Assembly: GCA_964016885.1 (NCBI GenBank)
Contig: OZ024743.1
Span: 17,174,001-17,238,000 of the forward strand
DNA: 64,000 nt
Direction: 5' to 3'
Source: Eledone cirrhosa
Taxonomy: Eukaryota
Position 1 is the first letter of the stretch. Each line of letters starts with the position of its first letter. Below, piece by piece: positions 1 through 13,822 of this stretch. The notes beneath the pieces are model-generated. The model ran no database searches. It was not told where the DNA came from and saw nothing but the letters and a program-made list of their open reading frames with translations. A program made the translations under genes and the position numbers.

Positions 1-587
1 AACGGTAACATATGTTCAATATTCAAATATAAGTAACAATATCATTGCTAATAATCTTACAAGAGCGATGTGCCTCAAGTGTCGACAAGCGAACGAAAAA
101 ATAATAATAATATCAACAATAGCAATAAAAACAATATTATTTAAAATAAGAAAACATGTCGTCGGATTATACTGAAGAGAAAGAGAAGAAAGAGAAAAAT
201 TACATTTTAAGTATTGGGATTGTTACAGAATAAATATTATCAACGTTTCTCAACAGTACTTGGAGTGTCTGAAGCATGAATAGAGATGTTATACATAAAA
301 ATCATAGAGCCCACTAGTAAAAGCGTAATATCATTCTACATCAAACCATCTTTAATAAAGTATTCTAAAAATTCTCACTATTAACTATTAAATTGAGCGC
401 ACTCCTTATGTAAGAATAATAAATAATACAAATATAAACCAACTATCGTAACAAACACAATTACTTGGGATATGTAAACCAATATATATATATATATATA
501 TATATATGATAAAATGGGTAGAAAAATACTGCTGGTAGCACATGGATAACATGTAATAAAATAAGTCCCTCATCAGTGATTTGCCGA

Positions 588-675
<88 letters not shown>

Positions 676-699
676 TAAAAAGGACGATTGATTATTCCT

Positions 700-1611
700 T
701 CATTGCATTTATTGATAGGTGACGCGCGTTTCGCCACTAATCAGCTCAAGGTTCGATCTATATCGATCCTACCCGACTCAATAATCGGCAACTCGACGGA
801 CCCTCTTAAAATGCTATAAGAAAATGAAATACATGCTATGTGGTAAAGTCAGAGTTTCAAGAGTTTGACAAAATGAGTTGTTTTGATTGGTGGGAAGGAT
901 CAAGGCGATGTACTGGCCTGTAGTGTATATGGGGGTGGGTGTGATGGTGAGTTGTTAGTGACGGTCGGTGGATGAGGTGGGCTGTGGTGTGGTGGTGGTG
1001 GTGGGTTGGCCTTGGCGTGTAGAGTATGTGGGGCTAGATGTGATGATATGGTGGTGGTTATGGTTATTTAGTGGGATGGGCTGTGGTATGAGGTTAGTGG
1101 ATTGTCAGTAGACTGGTTGGCGTGTTGGTGGGGGTGTGGTAGTGGTGCTGTTGTCTGTGGTAGCGGCGTTTGTGGTGGTGTGGTGGATGTATTGGTGCGT
1201 CAAGGTCCTTACATAGCTACATAGCAAGACGCTCTTCGTCTGACAGATACTTTGTATATACGTATACGCACACACACATATATGTATATATGTGCACATA
1301 TATTGTTGTATAAACACACACAACACAAAACACATACGCACATCCTTGCCCACACATATCGATACACGCTCACACTCAGCCGTATGTATATGTACACACA
1401 TGTATGTGCATGCGCGGATGCGGACACGAATATGGAGAGTGGGGGGAGGATCGGTGGGGGTGGCGAACGACAGAGATGGGGGGGAAGGTGAGAGGCAATG
1501 TAGAAGGTGTTTTACATATATACATACACATACATACATATGGGTATGGGCACATGGACTCACATTCATGTATGCAAAATATACACATACACACTCACAC
1601 ACACGTATACT

Positions 1612-1665
<54 letters not shown>

Positions 1666-2650
1666 TGTACAGACAACACACACATACACGCACATATACA
1701 CATACATGCACATATATGACCTCACCTACACATACAGTCAGATTCACCCATATACATACATGTAGACGTACACATACACACACATACATACACATACATA
1801 TATACACACACATACACATACGCATACACATACATACATATATACAGATATATATATATACACGCATACAGATATATGTATACACATGTGTTCACATACA
1901 CGCACATACATATAAATATGCGTACACGCAAGCACACTTAAACGCCCGTATGTGTAAAAATACTTACACACAGACACACACGCTATTGTTGGTTGGGGAG
2001 TGGAGGTATGTGTTGTCGGTGTTGATGAAGTATGGAGTTGTGTTTTGTGGTGGTGGTGGTGGAGTTGTGATGGACAAAAATATATATACCGGATCGAATA
2101 CCGGTTAAAAGGTGACATAGGGAACGCGGGGGAAAAGCGTTTATGGACGTACGGTGATGTGTGTTGTGGACATGGTGATGGTGGTGGTGCTGGAGTGATA
2201 TGTTCGACAAGATGATTACATGATCAGAGGTTACAGTGTGTTATAGGGTAGGCAGACGGCGGTGGGGGATATATAATACAGTCGATCTGGGAGCGAGGGG
2301 TGATATGTGTTGATGATGTTAATGATAATGATTGTTGAGGTATTTGGATGTATCTAGTGGTGGCGGTATTTGTGTGTGCGTGCGACAATACAATTACAGG
2401 GTCGTATTTAGCGTGGGGTTGTAGGTTAGGGTAGATAGAGGAGAACATGGGGGGATGAGGTTTTAGGCGTGTATGGTAGGCATATGACGATGTGTGGTGT
2501 GGTGGTGGTGGTGGCGATGGTGTGATATGATCGACATTGTATTTACAAGGTCCCTTGTCATTGTGGATTGCAAGGTAGAACGTATCATCGGATACCGATC
2601 TAATACGATGTTGCAACGATGAGGTGTGTATGTTGATGTGAATTTTGGTG
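700..2650 (-). mobile_element. Highly degenerate Penelope-like element remnant invaded by simple repeats
   Basis: Minus-strand peptides QHRIRSVSDDTFY (~2600) and VHKRFSPAFPMSPFNRYSIRYIY (~2100) resemble IRISRLSSN..TF and INKHF...IFNSRTIRLSY of the PLE at 47-49 kb. An HHR 3' half (GGCGAAACGCGCGTC-ACCTATC-AATAAA) lies at ~708-736. Confidence 0.4.
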
Positions 2651-2741
2651 GTGGTGATGGTGATGTGTGCGGCATGATATATATATATATTATGTTTTAC
2701 ATATATATATGTTATGTTTTACATATATATATATTACATTT

Positions 2742-2807
<66 letters not shown>

Positions 2808-2836
2808 GTTTTACATATATATATATTACATTTTAC

Positions 2837-2870
<34 letters not shown>

Positions 2871-2879
2871 AAAAGGTAA

Positions 2880-5800
2880 ACAGAAGTAACAACACAATCG
2901 GTACAGTATATGGAAGGGATATATTAGCTTAACGGTTGGTATAGCAGGAAGAGGGTCTTAATGTTTCGGACGCTAGTCCTTCGTCAGAAGAAATAATGAG
3001 AAATAAGATAGATTGAGGGGACAGGCGGGTTTTAATTGGCAAAAATGTCTTTAGATAACAGGTCCATTCATGTTGACATCTCTTGCAAATCTTATGGTGC
3101 TGGCGTTTTGTGTATGATTTATATTTTAGAAAAGTGCATGATGGAGCGCGTCTACCTGAAATGGGAAAGAAAAACGTTTTGTAAAAAGAGCTATACTTGT
3201 GCACGTGTGTAAGCATGTTTTTGTGTGAGTGTGAGTGTGTGGGTGTGTGTGTGTGTGTGTGTGGCTGCATCTGTGTGGGTGTGTGTGTATTATACGTCCG
3301 TACGAAGCTAAGAAGAAAAGTGTGTATATGTGATTAAAAGAGGCTGTGTGCTTGTAAATACGAAGCTATGAGCAAAAGTATGTTAATATAAGTGTGTGTA
3401 TGTCTGTAAACAGAGCACTGAAGTGAAAAGTGGAGTGAGCTATGTAGTCGGCACGTTTTCGTTGCCGACCACATAGAGAAAGCGATAGGAATGGGATAGG
3501 AATCTAGGGGTGTGATAATGGTCGGGCATTAGAGAAATTGAGGAGGTGAGTTGAGTCCAAGTGGGGAATAGGACACAAGGCGGTGAGTCAGACTTTGTTC
3601 AGTCCTGGTGCGCGAGGCCTGTGATCCATGATGTAAAAGGACAGCCAGCACATGTAGGGAAGAATGACCAGGAGAACAGAAGTGACGGGAGACAGGATAT
3701 CTAAACCGAGTCGTATGTCTCTCAAATGTTCGGCAAAACGGTCCGCCATACGGCTTCCCGTTTGTCCGATATATAAAGCCCTCAAAGGCAACACCGAAGG
3801 GCATAGACAACGTGCGTGGATGTGCAGCTGAAGGAATGGCGGATACGGAAAGACCCTTTAGGTCCTGTAAGAGTGCTGAGGGTGGAAATAAAGGGACAAG
3901 TGTTGCAGCGGGAACGGGAACAAGGATGAGAGCCGGATGGTGTCGTGGGAGAGGACGAAAAGGAACTGCGAACCAGGACGTCGCGGAGGTTGCGGGCGCG
4001 CTTGAAAGCAGTAATGGGTGGTTTGGAAAAAAGCAAGAAGTGACGGGGTCAGAAGAGAGCATACGGAAGGAACGGAGGATATGTCGCCAGAGTGGTAGGG
4101 GGGTGGTGTGGTAGAAAAGGAACACATTTGTGAGGTGAGATGGCGGGGGTGAGAGCATCTTGGGGGATATCCACGCTGGATGAAGCAGGAAGCCATGCGA
4201 AGGGTGTCGTTTCGAAATCTTCGTCCTGTCTACAGTGTCGATGAAGACGGAAGAATTGGGAATCGGGTATGGAGTGTTTGGTATGTGTTGGATTGGAGGA
4301 GATGAAGTCGAGGTAAGATTGGGAGTGATTATAGATAGAGAGATATCTAGAAAAGCGACAGAAGAATCGGAGACGGAGGCGTTGAAATTGAGAGTAGGAT
4401 GGAAAGATTGGACGAAAGAAATAAAACAGTCGAGCTGTTATCGTGACAGAGAGGTGGCGCCAATACAGTCGTCGATATAACGACCGTATAGCTCAGGAAT
4501 CGGTCCAGCTTACTGGGAGAAGATATGGGCGTCGACGTAGCCATAAATAAGTTGCCATAGTTTGGACCCATTCTGGTTCTCATCGCTACCCCAGAGACAT
4601 GTTGATAAAATTAACCCGAAAAACAAAATCCATTGTGGATGAAATCAAGCTCACCCAGATGGAGAAGAGTAGTAGTGTTGGGGTAAAGGGTAGGGCGTAA
4701 TTCAAAAAAATGTTGGAGAGCGTGGAGGCCGTCATCATGAGGGATGGCGGTATAGAGAGAGGTGACGTCCAGGGTAAAGAGTAGGTGGGAGGGACATTGA
4801 GGGAAGGAGAAAGAGTTGAAGAGTCTAAGGGCATGATTTGTATCGTGGATATGGGAGGGGAAATTGCCGAGCCTCCGGGCGAAGATGGTGTCTAAATATT
4901 CAGAAATTATCTCGGTGGGGCAGTTGCACGCAGAAACGATAGGACGGCCAGGGTTATAATGTTTGTGTATTTTGGGGAAGAAGTAGATGGTTGGTGTGCG
5001 TACAATAAGGTTGGGGATGTGGGGGTAGGGAAGAGGCGGAGATGGGCTCGTGGATGGAGGAGGACACGAGTTGTTGGTAGCAACGAGTAGGGTCGGAGGA
5101 TAAAGGGCGGTAAAAAAGGTTATTGTGAAACTGGCGGAGGGCCTCATCCCTATAGAGGTCAGCGATCCAAACCACCACAGTGCCCCCTTTGTCAGCAGGG
5201 TTTGATGACAATGACATCGTGACGCCGAAGGTTGCGAAGGGCGGAGAGCTCAGTCCGCGTGATGTTAGAGCGCCGAGAATGCTGGTGGAAACGGAACCAA
5301 TTCACTGTACGACGGCAAGTATCGGCAAAGGACTCGAGGGTGCTGACTGGCCAGAGCATGGCGTCCAATGTGCTTGACCGCGACTGAGACGAGTGAAGTC
5401 ATCCGTCTGTGTCGATGATTGCGTGTCGTGAAAAAAAGCTTTCAGCTTTAATCGACGGAAGAACCCTTCAATCTAGGCACGTGTGCGGAACTCGTTGCAG
5501 GTAGATGTGGTTGGTATAAAACCCAAACCACGGGCGAGGAGGGACTGCTCAGCTTCAGGGAGTGGTAGGTCCTGGAGTATGGCGACTACAGTGCAGGGAC
5601 GTGTGGAAGTGAAAGAGGCGGAGGCAGAGGGGTCAAGCTGGTTGGGCAAAGCGAGTGCAGATTCAGTGGTGGGGGGAGGAAAGCGGGTGTTAGGTGACGG
5701 GATAGAGGGGTTTGGGTTGGAGGTGATATGATTATGGCTGGTGACGGCAGACGGAGAGGGGAGAGAATCGAGTTTATGTTTTTTTACGGAAGTGAGGAAA

Positions 5801-6060
5801 TTGTAAAGGAGGCGATTGCGGTAAAGGATGAATTGCATAAGGGATTGGGCGAAGAAATAGTGGCAACAGGAGAGATGGAGGTAAGCCGTGGGGAGATCTC
5901 GGTCGAGAGAACGGATTTGGGCGAGAGTTGATCGAACGGTCGCCCGCATAAGCTGGCGAGGGGAGCGGGTAAGGATGGTCTCAGTGATGGGAGCAGAGTT
6001 AGAGGTGGGGTGAAACTTGAGGCAGAATCCGCGGGGAATGAGGTGGTGGTGGAGACCGAC
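2880..6060 (-). mobile_element. Degenerate Penelope-like retroelement (Neptune-like), RT + C-terminal GIY-YIG, multiple frameshifts
   Basis: RT motifs PADKGG, PKIHK..NPGRPIVSACNCPTE, TLDVTSLYTAIPH, MRTRMGPNYGNLFM, RYIDD; Cys linker CSRSRCNTC; endonuclease VVYALRC...YIGQTGSRMADRFAEHLRDIR. Confidence 0.85.
2956..2991 (-). ncRNA. Minimal type I hammerhead ribozyme motif in PLE 3' pseudo-LTR
   Basis: TCTT-CTGACGA-A-GGAC-TAGC-GTCC-GAAA-CA-TT-AAGA. Stems I and II pair; stem III looks decayed from ACGT. Confidence 0.65.
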
Positions 6061-6072
6061 TTAAAAATTATG

Positions 6073-6108
<36 letters not shown>

Positions 6109-7400
6109 AAATATATAGCGACGATGAAGCTACAATAGGACAGATGAGCAGGTACCAGTCAAATTAATTGAGGCAACTACAGAGTCCTCAATGTTGTGCA
6201 AAGTTTATAAATTTCTCGAATAGATTTAACACATAGTTTTATATGAGTGATACCATGGATATAACGTCTAGGTGTATGTAGACATTGTTTTTACCCACAA
6301 CAACGACAATCGCCAATATCTAAAATAATCAACGCCCCTCAACTAATTAGCATTCTAGAACTCCGAAAATACACGAGCGTTCGTTTATTATTGTTGCCAT
6401 TATTGTTGTCTTTATTGCGTTCTAGATAATCATTTCTGGTGTGGTGTGATGATCGAGTTTAACCCAATATTCGTTCCTTCCTGCGGATTGCATGGTGAAA
6501 GCTAAGTATTTATATTCGGAATATGAATACTTCTGAGAAAATTAAATTCTCCTATATTATCAAAATAATTTAATGCACACCATTATAGTGTTATACCACG
6601 AAAATGGCTAAATACTTCTCAATCCATTCTGTTAAAAAATGGATTTAAATCCATCATATAAAGATATATATATGCCCTAAAATTATGTAACTCAACCTTT
6701 TCACGCAACTATGTTATCTTATACTCACACATATGTATTTTCATTTTAAGCATCTTTCCCTGAAGCATATTAATTGATAGCTTTTATAATTACATCAGAA
6801 GAGAGTTATTTATAGTATCAGTATATTATATCACTGATTTCAATAAATAAGACAAAAGATACGTCGGAAAGGAAGGGACAATAAAATAACTTCAAATATT
6901 CTGTATATTGTATGAAACAATATTTTACATTTATCCAATATTTTTCTGTCTTTTCGGATTGGATTTAACTAGAATTTTGAAGAAATGTTTTCGACAAACA
7001 ACTTTGCTTTCAATACAAATTAATATTATTCACACATATTATAATTCCAGACAAACCGATATTCAATAATATAATTTTGTTTCTTTATATTCACTTCAAA
7101 ATTTGAATTATGAGAATATTTCTCATGTATTGCTCAAATAAACTTAAAAGTTATTTAAATATATGTAGGATATCCAATACAATTTTGATTGTTCTAGTAT
7201 AGTATGTATACGCACATACATATATGTATACAGACGTACAGTAGTAAGTACATACATGTACACATATATATATATATGTACGTATGGGTTTACCGAACAT
7301 TTATTATAATGTTCGGTTTGTTTGTAAACAAACAGCCCGAATTGAGCCGTAAAGTGTTCGACAACCATCGTTGCCCTTTTGTTCAACATTGACAAAGGAA

Positions 7401-7441
7401 CGATGAACTAGTTTCTAGCTTATTAGCTGTCATCAGCACCG
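7401..7441 (-). ncRNA. Type I hammerhead ribozyme, intact core
   Basis: CGGTG-CTGATGA-C-AGCT-AATA-AGCT-A-GAAA-CTAG-TT-CATCG; palindromic stem III ACTAGT; GUU site. Confidence 0.8.
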
Positions 7442-8229
7442 TATACCTTCCTGTCAGTCGATTGAAAGTTTGAAAGTATATACTTTCTTTATGCATATTA
7501 ACGGCTGAGCAGCCTAATTTGCCTATCGAGTGAGTTAGTCGGTCGGGCGTACCGAAAACGATAAATAGAAAAAAAATGTAATTTCTCCCTCTTAGTACGG
7601 CTGATACTTAAATATAAGTATGTATACGTACATACATATATGTATACAGACATACATGCACACATAAGTATATATATATATGTAGGTATGGGTTTACCGA
7701 ATATGTATTATAATGTTCGGCTTGTTTCTAAAAAACAGCCCGAATTAAGGCGTATAGTGTTCTGCAACCATAGTTGCCCTTTTGTTCAACACTGACAAAG
7801 GAACGATGAACTAGTTTCTAGCTCATTAGCTGTGACCAGCACCGTATACCTTCCTGTCAGTCGATTGAAAGTTAAAGTATATACTTTCCTTATGCATATT
7901 AACGGTTGAGCAGCCTAAATTACAACAAACCGACCATTATAATAAATGTTCGGTAAACCCATACGTACACATATTTATATATGTGCATGTATGTATGAAT
8001 ATGCATACTACTGTACGTCCGTATACATATATGTATGTACGTATACATAATTATATTTAAGTATCAGCCGTACTAAGTGTGAGAAATGAAATTTCATGTT
8101 TTCCATTTATCATTTTCGGTACGCCCGGCCGACTAACTCACTCGATATGCAAATTAAGCTGCTCAGCCGTTAATATTCATAACGAAAGTATATACTTTCA
8201 AACGTTCAATCGACTGACAGGAAGGTAAA

Positions 8230-8270
8230 TGGTGCCGATGACAGCTAATAAGCTAGAAACTAGTTCATCG
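8230..8270 (+). ncRNA. Hammerhead motif copy with CCGATGA core
   Basis: TGGTG-CCGATGA-CAGCTAATAAGCTA-GAAA-CTAG-TT-CATCG; inverted paralogue of 7401-7441. Confidence 0.65.
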
Positions 8271-8807
8271 TTCCTTTGTCAGTGATGAACAAAGGGGCGA
8301 CGATGGTTGCCGAACAATGTACGGCTTAATTCGGGCTGTTTGTTTAGAAACAAACCGAACATTATAATAAATGTTCGGTAAACCCATACGTACATATATA
8401 AATACGTGTGCATGTATGTATGTATATACATACTACTATACGTCTGTATACATATATGTATGTACCTATACATACTTATATTTAAGTAACAGCCGTACTA
8501 AGAGTGAGAAATAACATTTCATTTTTTCCATGTTTTAGTATTATTATCAGAAAATAAAATTGTTTTAATCTAGACAAATAGATGACATTTAAATACATAT
8601 TTTCTAAGGAACACCATACAGTCAATTGATTTATTTTGCCATTTCATCAATATCAAAGTACTGTTTTTAGTTCTAGTTTTTAAAATTGATCACAGAATGG
8701 TAGCTTTATATTTCAACAGATCAGGGAATAACATATTTTATTTCTTCTTAATTCTAAGCAGAGTTATATTCATGAAATCGTTCCGAACATGTCTGCAATA
8801 TATGGTT

Positions 8808-8910
<103 letters not shown>

Positions 8911-10210
8911 AACTTTCTCGGCAAATTAATCATCGTTAGAACGACATCGCTGAACGGGCATTGAAATATATTTTTTGTAGTCGAATTGTTATGCTCATTA
9001 ATGAATACGCGTTCATGAATACATACCTGACCCAATCTAAAGAGCTTGCAGATGTAAGAAATAATAATTGCATACCGACATAGTAACAATAGACACCCTA
9101 CGGATATTAATATTCAGAAGAATTAATGGCAATTGCTGGCTTCACACAGAATACATTTAATATATTGTCGTGCAGTCATATGACTGACGAATTGATACAT
9201 TTTCATTCAGAAGAATTATACTTTCTGTAGACACTCCATTGTCTGAAAGGAAATTCCAATTTAATAACTTTTACTTTATATATTAAAAGCCATTCTTTTT
9301 CTCGTGATCCTGTACTTAAATTGAGGCAATCGGTACGAGGCTATGTGCTGGTCTCTGTTTCGAGAGAGACAGACGACTGAATGAATCCAATTCATCTTTT
9401 ATCATGATTATGCATTGTGTTAAATTATTATTATTATTACATATAAACTCTATATTATCAGCTGATTAATACGTCTATCATGAATATTTTCCCTCCCAAC
9501 ATAGAACATTAACAATAATTGACGCAATATAATATATTTGAGAATAGATATCATTAAATATGACCCAATATATAACTGATATCTGTTGAAATTAAACATA
9601 ATAATGCCGACTTCGATAGAGATATATATGTACATGATGCATACGTATATAAAGGATGGGATATCATACGACATACGTATATAAATGATACATTACTTTC
9701 TATGAATGTTCTTACAGCTTAAATAACACTATCATAGATTCGATTTGAATACCTGATAAACACAAAATGTTGATTTATAGTAATTGATAAAAAAACAACC
9801 AGTTAAGCATTAGTTTAATAGGAATTCATTTGTGTAACACACAGAATGAATTTAATTTTAGTAAATATATGTATCAATAGAAAAACAAAACAATAAACAA
9901 TTAACACAGCATATGAAATAAAGAGCAGCATTCGAAAAATATTGGGAAATATATTGTGAAATAATTTTGTAAATAAATTTATTTCTGTGTCCACATTAAA
10001 CCACGGTGATTGTTGTAAATATTATTAACCTGGTAATACTGTAGAGGCATTTAATAATCAGTACTCTTTATAAATATCGTAAGTTTCAGATTAGGTTAGA
10101 CTTGACTATTATCGCTATAATTTGTTGTGGTTGTATATATTAAAAGCAGTCTATATGTGTTTCAACAACTAGTGATTTGCATCATATTAATTAACACATT
10201 ATATATTATA

Positions 10211-10798
10211 CTAGCAGTGGTATCCGGCGTTGCACGGGATAAGATATTGTGAAATATATAACCGCCTTAGCTAAGCTTAGTGTTAACACAACCACGGTTG
10301 GCAAAGAAATAAGACTCTGGTCGTACGTAAGTATGCAACACTGTGGCTTAAAATGTGAGGAAGAAGTTGTGTGCACTTACCAACTATTTTGAGGAATGAG
10401 TGTGATATTTGTCTTGAGCAAGGGTGGCGAATAACCGGAGGCAAGAGACAGCAGACATACATACATATTATAAGGGCGCGTTCTGGACGCAGAGCGAATT
10501 GTAGGAAGTGACGTAATGCAGACAACGAGACATACAGGCAGATATTATAAGGGCGCAACGTTATATGCATGTATCTATCTAAAAAGAGAAAAACTAATAA
10601 TTATAGATAGAGATCGCTAGATCGTCTAATGCGGTCCCTAGGGCATTGACAATTCGAAATGTTTTTGCTCAGAACATTCCCTGAAACATAAGTATTACAT
10701 GTGTAAAGTTTGAAAACAGTCGATTGGGTGTTTCTCTGGCTTTAGGGTTTTAAACTCACACACACACAGACATACATCCTCAGTTTTATATATAGAGA
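10211..10798 (-). mobile_element. Non-autonomous Helitron-like element
   Basis: Minus strand starts a|TCTCTATATATAAAA and ends CTAG|t, with subterminal GC-rich hairpin-like CCCGTGCAACGCCGGA; AT target, no TSD. Confidence 0.7.
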
Positions 10799-11296
10799 TA
10801 TTATAGATCAGCTCGAGAAACGGTCCAGTATTGATCGAACCTGACTCGGGAATCGAAATATGCAAGCGCATCTCTGATGGTGTATGAATACCTCCTTATA
10901 TTTACCACATTCCTTCAACGAGGTATTCAGCGGTAACGCTCGTTGGTTTGCTATAATTTGTTTATTTACAAAACGACTTCTATCCTTCATTCGGTGAAAT
11001 CGTCATATGCATTCATGCGCATTGGATATGTGCCTATTTTCCACAGCCACAATTGTTTGAAGTCCTTCTTAGGTGATAAGCCAAAACGAGGATGCGTTAT
11101 CGGTGACAAGCAAGGGGAAAGCAGAACATTATACTATGGATATGATAAATAAAGAAGACATGTACGAACGTACCCACACATGCTGGCACTCACGTAGTCA
11201 TATACACATGTGTACTCATGTGCACACACCTATACACACACACATACACACACACATACACACACACACACACGTAAACACACACACACACGCGCG

Positions 11297-11384
<88 letters not shown>

Positions 11385-11387
11385 AAT

Positions 11388-12480
11388 CTAGAGCGGGTAA
11401 AATTCCCGAGATCCATGACGAGTTCTGTCCAGCTGTCTCTGTCCGTCACCTTCGCCGCCGTTGCCCCGCGTCTCCAAGAGACATGTGTCTGCTCTTAGGG
11501 CGTCAACATATGTCAACCTCAGTCGTTCTGTTCTATTGTATTTGTGCAGTGGCTCCCATAGGAACACTGAGTGCAGTGTCAACTCTCAATGACGGTGACC
11601 ATGACCAGCTGACATCAGGCTTCTCTGCATTACTTTCGAACTCACTTTTGGGAGGCACCCGTATATGTCTGAGATCTTCATCCTCAAATTATACTGATTA
11701 ATGTTCAGAGCCATCCTCAGCACATGAGTGATTTGTTGGTCAGTGTCCAAGTGTCAGACCCGTACAGTAGCACAGAATCCACTGTAGCAATAAAGAGACG
11801 TATCTTCAGCTTTTTACGATGTCCGACCTCCACACCGATCTCAAACTGTGGCACGCTTCCAAGGATTTGCACTTCCTCTGAACTACATCCTCCTCTGTGT
11901 TCCCAATATTTGCTCCCAGATACAGGAAATCCTCAACCAATTCTAGTGGCTTCCCGCCTACATTCATAATCTTCTCTGTCTTCTTAATGTTCTCTTCCAG
12001 ATACTGCGTTGGAAATGGAAGACTACTGAGTGGCACCCTGCTGGGGGCGAACTTAACAGCAACCAACCTCGGGATTACTAAGTGTATGGGGAAAATGTAG
12101 ACTTGTATCTCTGATATTCCCCTGTCCATGTCCCATATTGATTTCATTCTGGTGTGGAAAAGCGGCGTAATAGTGTTCTGAACACAGAACCATACAACTA
12201 TTTTAGTACACTGGGCAGTAACCATCGCCTTGCTGTGAGTCAGTTCCGGGTGAGCGAAAGAAAGAGTAACGCTCAGCCCCAGAGAGCAATCAATGAGTGT
12301 GGAGATTTCAAAGAAGATGATAAGATACAGGTGAGGTATAGTAAAAGTGAAGAATAGGTAGAGTGTTCTCTGTAGAGGGGCAAAGGAGAGATAGATTGCA
12401 GGGACTGAGGAGAGCGTGAAGAGGGGATACTGGTACTTCACAAATGCAGTGCAGAAGTAAGTGCTCCTGAAAGATACATT
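11388..12480. mobile_element. RTE-type LINE remnant: 3' RT end on minus (11388-~12030) joined to an inverted APE fragment on plus (~12060-12480)
   Basis: Minus: GKPLELVEDFLYLGANI, LLYGSDTW, same 3' end as 55500-56781. Plus: HIDFILV..KRRNSVLNTEPYNYFSTLGSNHRL (APE C-terminus). Confidence 0.7.
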
Positions 12481-12539
12481 GGCCTGTAAAGCCCTCCAAA
12501 ATAGCAGTTTTAGCGAACCGATTAAATACATGCCCAACT

Positions 12540-13261
12540 ATACTAACTCTATATAAACATAAAAACAGGAAAGAAAAATAATCTGGTTCACCCCCCCCCC
12601 CTACTCTCTAGCAGTTAAAACTAATGTAGGAAAAACATTCCTAGAGCTCCTAGATGAACATTTCCCTAGAACACATAGATACTATAAGATCTTTAATAGA
12701 AACTGTGTCAAAATTAGCTATTCCTGCGGTCCCCCTATTAAGTCCTATATCATCAACAAAAAATCACCTAGAGAACATCAAAATTGCTCCTGTAGAATCA
12801 AAGGTGAATGCCCATTGCAAGGTAAATGCAACACCAAAGCCATTGTATATGCGGTTAAAGTGACAATAATCAGCAACAACCATCCAGCCACCAGTGAACG
12901 ATATGTGGGTATGACGCAAGACAAATTCAAAACGCGTTATTACTCACATGTCGCATCCTTTCGACATGCAGAAAAAAGATTTACAACAGCTCTGGCTAGC
13001 AGAATATGGGATTTGAAAGACCAAGGTATCCAATATAAATTGGATTGGTCAATTTTGAACCAACCTAAAGAATATGCAAGAGGAACAAGAAAATGCACGC
13101 TCTGCATAAATGAAAAATATTGGATGTTGCAAAATCTTAAATCACCAAAGACCTGCCTGAACCCAAAGACGGAAATTTTCACCAGTTGCCCACACATGAA
13201 ATCACACCAGCTTTCCAGCTCATATAAATTTAACACACTTTCAGATACTTATCCTCCATAA
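12540..13261 (+). pseudogene. 5'-truncated PLE ORF fragment: thumb/linker + GIY-YIG endonuclease
   Basis: PPYSLAVKTNVGKTFLELLDEHFP...IFNRNCVKISYSC; IVYAVKV...YVGMTQDKFKTRYYSH...CTLCINEK...CPH; frameshifted. Confidence 0.85.
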
Positions 13262-13725
13262 ACTCTTATTATTCTCTTTATAACTACCCTTTCTGATTTA
13301 ATTTCATTTTTATCCTTATTATTAATTTCATTTTTATTTTTATTTTTATTTTTATTTTTTATTTTTATTTTTATTTTTATTTTTATTTTTATTTTTATTT
13401 TTATTTTTATTTTTATATTTTTTATTTTTACTTCACATCCACCAATACCCCCCCCCCCTTTATTCTACGATTCACTTACCTAATATCTTCACTTTCCACT
13501 TTTTACTTACCTATTTTCTTCAGAAACTGATTAAACATTCACTTGCGTTTTCCACTCCAGATATTTTTTATTTTTATTTTTTATTTTTTCGCAGCAAAAT
13601 CTTATAATTTTATTTTTGTACTTACTTATCCACAAGTTTTTTACACCCTGTATACTTTCTATATATGTACACGAGCGCCTCCGTATGTGCGCGCGCGTGC
13701 CTGTATATATATATATATATATATA

Positions 13726-13777
13726 CAGAATTAGCCGTCGAAACGGCTTGAGCTCAGCTGTCGGGGTCTTACTGGTT

Positions 13778-13780
<3 letters not shown>
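13726..13780 (+). repeat. 55-bp terminal fragment of the 23.3-26.1 kb PLE family (HHR 3' half) in (TA)n
   Basis: CAGAATTAGCCGTCGAAACGGCTTGAGCTCAGCTGTCGGGGTCTTACTGGTTCCT, matching 26045-26099. Confidence 0.85.

Positions 13781-13822
<42 letters not shown>

Larger units (their letters stand above)
7200..8530. mobile_element. Non-coding retrozyme-like element: ~403-420 bp HHR-bearing units in tandem, then inverted
   Basis: Direct copies (HHR sites at 7401 and 7804), fold-back at ~7921, inverted copies to ~8530. Another partial copy at 60760-60980. Confidence 0.75.

Noticed and set aside
7200-8530. CRISPR array or satellite interpretation of the repeats
   Set aside because: No short repeats with unique spacers and no cas genes; units are few, long and inverted.
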